Part shown: positions 54,455 through 58,908 of the stretch, in pieces
Layout: each line of letters opens with the position of its first letter
Numbering within the stretch: the first letter of the stretch is position 1
IMG/VR virus record: IMGVR_UViG_3300034375_009562
Span: 1 to 58,908 of that record
Length of the DNA stretch: 58,908 bases
Reading direction: 5' to 3' (one strand)
Origin: a virus
Lineage: Duplodnaviria; Caudoviricetes
Position numbers and translations under genes: made by a program
Notes under the pieces: generated by a model
Database searches by the model: none
Told to the model about the DNA's origin: nothing
Seen by the model: only the letters and a program-made list of their open reading frames with translations

Positions 54455-55830
54455 TGGCAGTAGATCTACAAAAATTAGCTCTTAAAAGACTTTTAAGTAA
54501 TCAAAGTCCTGATTTTTATAATAAACTAGTAAATAAATATTTTACTGGTAACAACCTTATTTTGTTCAGGAAAGTTAATAACTTTTATACAAAGAATCTC
54601 CGTATACCTTCTCTCGATGAGTTTTATGAGCTTCAAAAACAAGAAAATACAAAAAACTACTTTAAAAGAGAGTTTTTAGATGTATCTCTTGAAGGAGAAA
54701 ATACTGTAGATAATGAGTTTATTAGCTCACAACTACAAGATTTTTATATCAGAGAAGAAACAATTTCGTTCTTAGATAAATTTATTGATGACTTAGATAA
54801 TCTTGAGCAAACAGAAATCATTGACAAGATTCAGGAACATATTTTATCAGTACAAAAATTTATTCCAGAAGGTGAAGAGCTTTTTGATGTAGCTACAATT
54901 GAAACTGTACCTCAAGAACAAAACTTTGTTATGTTTCCAAGCGGCTTAAGTTCTGAGTTTGACGCTGAGAACGGAGGTTTTGGTTTACAAGAACTTGTTC
55001 TCTTTGGTGGACGTAGAGGCTCTGGTAAGTCAATTATAACTTTAAACATGGCTTTGAATAACTTTCTTTTAAATAACTCTGTAATGTTTATGAGTATTGA
55101 GATGAGGTATGTTGAAGTTTATTATCGCTTAATGAGTATGATTAGTGGAGTACCTTTCTCTAACTTTATGTTAAATAAACTAACAAGAGAAGATAAACTA
55201 CAAGTAGCTAAGTCTAAATTAGAAACATTTTATCAATCTACAGAAGATAGTACTCGTATATATAATAAGCTTGCACAAGATATGAACTTTAGTGAATTTG
55301 ATGCAGAACTGAAAAAAGGTTCACTACAATTTAAAAAGAATAGATTCCACATTATCGATGATGTACAACTTTCTCTTGCGAGAATTGACCATTATCTTAA
55401 TATGATGACTTCTAAACATGATATTAAAATGTGTGTGGTTGATTATCTAAATATTGTTAAGGTTGAAGATAGAATGGACTGGAAATCTCAGATTAATATT
55501 TCAGATTCACTTAAAACTTTAGCTAGAAAGTATAAAGTAATCATGATCTCTCCTTATCAGATTGATGCAACAGGTGAGGCTAGGTTTGCAAAAGGTGTTC
55601 TTGATTCAGCTGATAAAAGCTTTAGATTTATGCCGAGTGACTTAAACGAAGATCCAAGCGCACTTCCTTTCGAGGTAGCTAAGATTCGTAATGGTAAAGC
55701 CATGAAATTTAATGTTCATATGGATTGGGATTGTCTTAAAATTGATAGTAATAAGTCAAAAGCTATCAGCGGTAAAATTCTCAATAAATATGGTAATGAT
55801 ACTTCTGAGACAGGAAGAGACTTAGGATGA
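54454..55830 (+). CDS. replicative DnaB-like helicase (T5 D6-like)
   Basis: GGRRGSGKS, SIEM, VVDYL, PYQIDATGEARFAKGVLDSAD, KIRNG. Confidence 0.92.
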   Translation: MAVDLQKLALKRLLSNQSPDFYNKLVNKYFTGNNLILFRKVNNFYTKNLRIPSLDEFYELQKQENTKNYFKREFLDVSLEGENTVDNEFISSQLQDFYIREETISFLDKFIDDLDNLEQTEIIDKIQEHILSVQKFIPEGEELFDVATIETVPQEQNFVMFPSGLSSEFDAENGGFGLQELVLFGGRRGSGKSIITLNMALNNFLLNNSVMFMSIEMRYVEVYYRLMSMISGVPFSNFMLNKLTREDKLQVAKSKLETFYQSTEDSTRIYNKLAQDMNFSEFDAELKKGSLQFKKNRFHIIDDVQLSLARIDHYLNMMTSKHDIKMCVVDYLNIVKVEDRMDWKSQINISDSLKTLARKYKVIMISPYQIDATGEARFAKGVLDSADKSFRFMPSDLNEDPSALPFEVAKIRNGKAMKFNVHMDWDCLKIDSNKSKAISGKILNKYGNDTSETGRDLG

Positions 55831-56057
55831 TAGAAACACCTAAAAAGATAATATTACTCTCAGATATAATAGATCAAAGACTTAGAAAAGAGAGAGAACT
55901 AGAGTATTACCAAAAACAATTAGAAGAAATAAGTATAAAAATCAGTTACTTAAGCAGAGAACTAGATTTGACAAATTTAATAATTGATATGATCGAATCA
56001 GAAAAAGTTATTGATATTCAAGATTACATGGTAGAGAAGAAAAATGATAGATCATGA
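55827..56057 (+). CDS. coiled-coil hypothetical protein
   Basis: RLRKERELEYY.. coupled to helicase and primase. Confidence 0.7.
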   Translation: MIETPKKIILLSDIIDQRLRKERELEYYQKQLEEISIKISYLSRELDLTNLIIDMIESEKVIDIQDYMVEKKNDRS

Positions 56058-56931
56058 TTTAATTAAAATACTAGAAAAGAAACAAATCTTTTATGAGAGA
56101 AACCCAAACTCTCCGTCAGAGATTAAAATTAAATGTATTAGTGGACTTCATGAAGATCAAAATCCTAGTTTAAGTTTTAACCTAGATAAAAACATATTTA
56201 ACTGTTTTTCTTGCGGATACGGTGGAAACTATAAAAAACTTCTTAAAGACTTAGGAGAAAATACTTTTGTAGAGTTTGAAACTAAACAAGGGTATAAAAT
56301 AAAGAAACTTAAGGATAAACTAGTAACAAAATTTTACCAGACTGATATTACTCTTCCTAATGATAAGATAAACTATAACTTTGATTTTAAAGGAGTGAAT
56401 GGAAAGGTGTTACAAAAATTTGGTGCTTTCACTACCAGACAGCACGGGTTAAGTGACTACTTATGTTTTCCTATATCACAGTATGGAAAGATCAGATTTA
56501 TTGAAGGTAGATATAAAATATTGAATGTTCAATCAGAGAACCCTAAGTATCTGAGAAAACCAGCTAATGCAAAGACAAGTGACCTAGTGTTTCCTCTTGA
56601 TAAGGTAGAGAATAAAAGTCATTTAATTCTTGTCGAAGGGTTATTTGATATGCTAAACTTATGGCAATATGGTTATGAAAATACAGTTTGTATTTTTGGA
56701 ACTAATAACTTTGATAATCCAAAAGCAAAATTGTTAGATGACAATGGCGTAAAAAAGTGTACTATTTTTATGGATAGTGATCAAAGTGGTATTAGAGCCT
56801 CTAAAAATATATCTAATATGTTAGAAGCGAGAGATATTGAAACAAGAATTGTTAATGCTCCAGATGGTAAAGATCCAGGAGAGCTAAATAAACAAGAAAT
56901 AATGAAAGTATTTGGAGAAGAATATGAATAA
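56044..56931 (+). CDS. DNA primase (zinc-binding + TOPRIM)
   Basis: C...HEDQNPS..NCFSCG, LVEGLFD, MDSDQSG, KDPGE. Confidence 0.93.
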   Translation: MIDHDLIKILEKKQIFYERNPNSPSEIKIKCISGLHEDQNPSLSFNLDKNIFNCFSCGYGGNYKKLLKDLGENTFVEFETKQGYKIKKLKDKLVTKFYQTDITLPNDKINYNFDFKGVNGKVLQKFGAFTTRQHGLSDYLCFPISQYGKIRFIEGRYKILNVQSENPKYLRKPANAKTSDLVFPLDKVENKSHLILVEGLFDMLNLWQYGYENTVCIFGTNNFDNPKAKLLDDNGVKKCTIFMDSDQSGIRASKNISNMLEARDIETRIVNAPDGKDPGELNKQEIMKVFGEEYE

Positions 56932-58908
56932 GTTTGTATATGTACTAAGCTCTTCTGTTAAGAAAGATACACCTATTAAGCTAAAGTCCTTTTCAAAAGG
57001 ATTAGACTTTGATGTAAAATATCTATGCTCTGATCCTAAAGATAAGATTTTGAAGAAAGATATTGATCTTAACTTTGACGAACTAAATGGCTATGATCTA
57101 GTATGTCCCGTGGGTGCAGAACCTCTTAAATATGTATGTGGAGTAACAGGTATTTTAAAATATGCTGGTAACGTAGTTAATGAAAAATATGTACCTATCA
57201 TTGATCCAAATATGCTTGCTATTAAACCTCAATATAGAGTAGAGCTACAAAAATGTTTTGATAAGATTAGAGATATTAAAGATGGAAAAGTACAAGCAGT
57301 ATATGAGAAAGACTATAGATATATTGATACTGTTGAAGGTTTTGAGGAATATATGAAAGACCTTCTTGCCGCTGATGAGATTGTAGTTGATATTGAAACA
57401 ACAGCATTATCTGCAAGAAAAGGCTCAGTTATTGGTATTGCTCTTTCTACAAAACCGCATGAAGGTATTTTTGTAGCTAGTGATGTAGTAGAAGAGTTTT
57501 ATGATGAAGTAAAAGACCTATTTGCAACAAAAAAATGTATTTTTCACAATGCAAAGTTTGACGTCCAGTTCTTGAATAAACAGTTTGGATTTGAGTTTCC
57601 AGACTTTGAGGATACTATCTTGATGCATTATTGCCTAGATGAAAGTGTGGGGTCGCATGGACTTAAAGATCTAGCTATGAAGTTTACTGATTTAGGTGAT
57701 TATGATCGTGATCTTCATGAGTATAAGAAAACATTTTGTCGTCAAAACAAAATTCTATTAGCTGACTTTAATTATGGTATGCTTCCACTAGATATTTTAA
57801 GTCCTTATGCTTGTAAAGATGGCGATGCTACCTTTCAGTTATATAACAAGTTTAAACCTTTAATAGATAAGAATGAAAACTTTTCTAATATCTATAATAA
57901 AATACTCAAGCCTGCAACTAGAGCACTAATGTATTTAGAAGATACAGGAGGTCCTATTGATCTTAGTGTTTTAACAACAATTCAAGAGGACTTTAGAATT
58001 GATATTGAAGAGTGTTTGGCTGAAATAGCTATGCACCCTGCAGTAAAAACATTTGAAGAGTCCACTAAGAAGACATTCAACCCTAATAGCACTTATCATC
58101 TTCGTGATGTCTTTTTCAACATAATGAAGCTGCCCGCTACGAAAAAGACAGAAACTGGAGCTTACTCTACCGACCAAGAAGTGTTAGAGGGGTTGAATGA
58201 TCCTCTTGCAGATGCAGTCCTTGACCTCCGCAAGAAAGTAAAACTTTCTCAGACATATATTAAAAATATCCGTGAAGGGGTAGACGAAGATATGCGCCTT
58301 CGTTCAAGCTTTAATATTATCGGCACAGCCGCAGGACGACTATCGTCGTCCGGTGTATTGAACTATCAAAATCTTCCTCGTGACAAAGATTCGGGTATCA
58401 AAAAGTTTTTTGCTGCACGTGACGGTTATAAAATTGTTCAAGCTGACCTTGGAACAGCTGAGGTGTATGTTGCTGCGGCTCTTGCTAATGATTCTTTTCT
58501 TCAACGAGCCTTTATTGAAGAGCTAGACTTTCACTCTTATGTGGCGCATGGCATGTTTAAACTAGACTGTGATGTTGATGAGGTGAAAACTAAATATGCA
58601 GATCAACGACAACACGCAAAGGCTATTACCTTTGGTATTTTATATGGGGCAGGACCTGCTAAAATTGGAGAAACAGCTAATGTGTCAATGGATGTTGCAA
58701 GACGCTTTATCAAACAATACTTTGCACAAGCTAGAGACCTAAAAACTTGGATTGATGCAAACATACAGTTTATCAAAGATAATCACTTTACCTATAGTGC
58801 ATTTGGGCGCAAGCGTAGACTTCCAGAGGCAGGAGCTGAATCAAAAGGAGTAGCTGCACACGCTCAACGATCAGGATTAAACTTCCTGATCCAGTCTGTT
58901 GCTTCTGA
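56924..58908 (+). CDS. polA: DNA polymerase family A (T5-like), truncated by window end; absent from ORF track
   Basis: open frame from ATG 56924; exo motifs VDIETT, FHNAKFD, YACKDGDAT; GRLSSS..NYQNLP; motif A QADLGTAEV; motif B RQHAKAITFGILYG. Confidence 0.95.
   Translation, partial: MNKFVYVLSSSVKKDTPIKLKSFSKGLDFDVKYLCSDPKDKILKKDIDLNFDELNGYDLVCPVGAEPLKYVCGVTGILKYAGNVVNEKYVPIIDPNMLAIKPQYRVELQKCFDKIRDIKDGKVQAVYEKDYRYIDTVEGFEEYMKDLLAADEIVVDIETTALSARKGSVIGIALSTKPHEGIFVASDVVEEFYDEVKDLFATKKCIFHNAKFDVQFLNKQFGFEFPDFEDTILMHYCLDESVGSHGLKDLAMKFTDLGDYDRDLHEYKKTFCRQNKILLADFNYGMLPLDILSPYACKDGDATFQLYNKFKPLIDKNENFSNIYNKILKPATRALMYLEDTGGPIDLSVLTTIQEDFRIDIEECLAEIAMHPAVKTFEESTKKTFNPNSTYHLRDVFFNIMKLPATKKTETGAYSTDQEVLEGLNDPLADAVLDLRKKVKLSQTYIKNIREGVDEDMRLRSSFNIIGTAAGRLSSSGVLNYQNLPRDKDSGIKKFFAARDGYKIVQADLGTAEVYVAAALANDSFLQRAFIEELDFHSYVAHGMFKLDCDVDEVKTKYADQRQHAKAITFGILYGAGPAKIGETANVSMDVARRFIKQYFAQARDLKTWIDANIQFIKDNHFTYSAFGRKRRLPEAGAESKGVAAHAQRSGLNFLIQSVAS

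Noticed and set aside
56932-58908. Apparent 2 kb ORF-free region and minus-strand ORF 57971-58177
   Set aside because: The region is the DNA polymerase gene lacking a stop within the window; no intron or intein seen

Overview
A 59 kb piece of an AT-rich, probably marine, lytic dsDNA phage genome with T5-like (Demerecviridae-like) architecture. The evidence is D2/D3/D5-like proteins, a PC4-like protein, a DnaB helicase, a primase, a family A polymerase, an NAD ligase and many strong sigma70-type promoters. The host is probably an alphaproteobacterium: the phage carries a circularly permuted two-piece tmRNA (tag ANDNFAIEDIRLAA) and a ROSE-like element before hsp20. Genes from 1 to 44.2 kb lie on the minus strand. 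They include accessory and auxiliary metabolic genes (gmd, groES, dnaK, hsp20, PiT-like transporter, bL33, Grx/Prx, uvsE, Fpg/Nei, phoH, iscA, an ATE/Bpt-like transferase), 11 tRNAs and three paralogous repeat-containing structural proteins. Genes from 44.3 kb onward lie on the plus strand: bS21, the tmRNA, a glycosylation cluster and the replication module. Three signals stand out. (1) About 1.4 kb of ORF-free, promoter-driven, heavily base-paired RNA at 11.7-13.1 kb, with several H-type pseudoknots and an embedded CCA-less tRNA-like cloverleaf. (2) A 47-codon Cys-rich ORF inside the excised intervening segment of the permuted tmRNA, whose stop codon would be removed by tmRNA maturation. (3) A translation/proteostasis kit (bS21, bL33, tmRNA, ATE/Bpt-like, DnaK/GroES/Hsp20). 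All calls come from motif recognition by eye; no database searches or folding programs were run.
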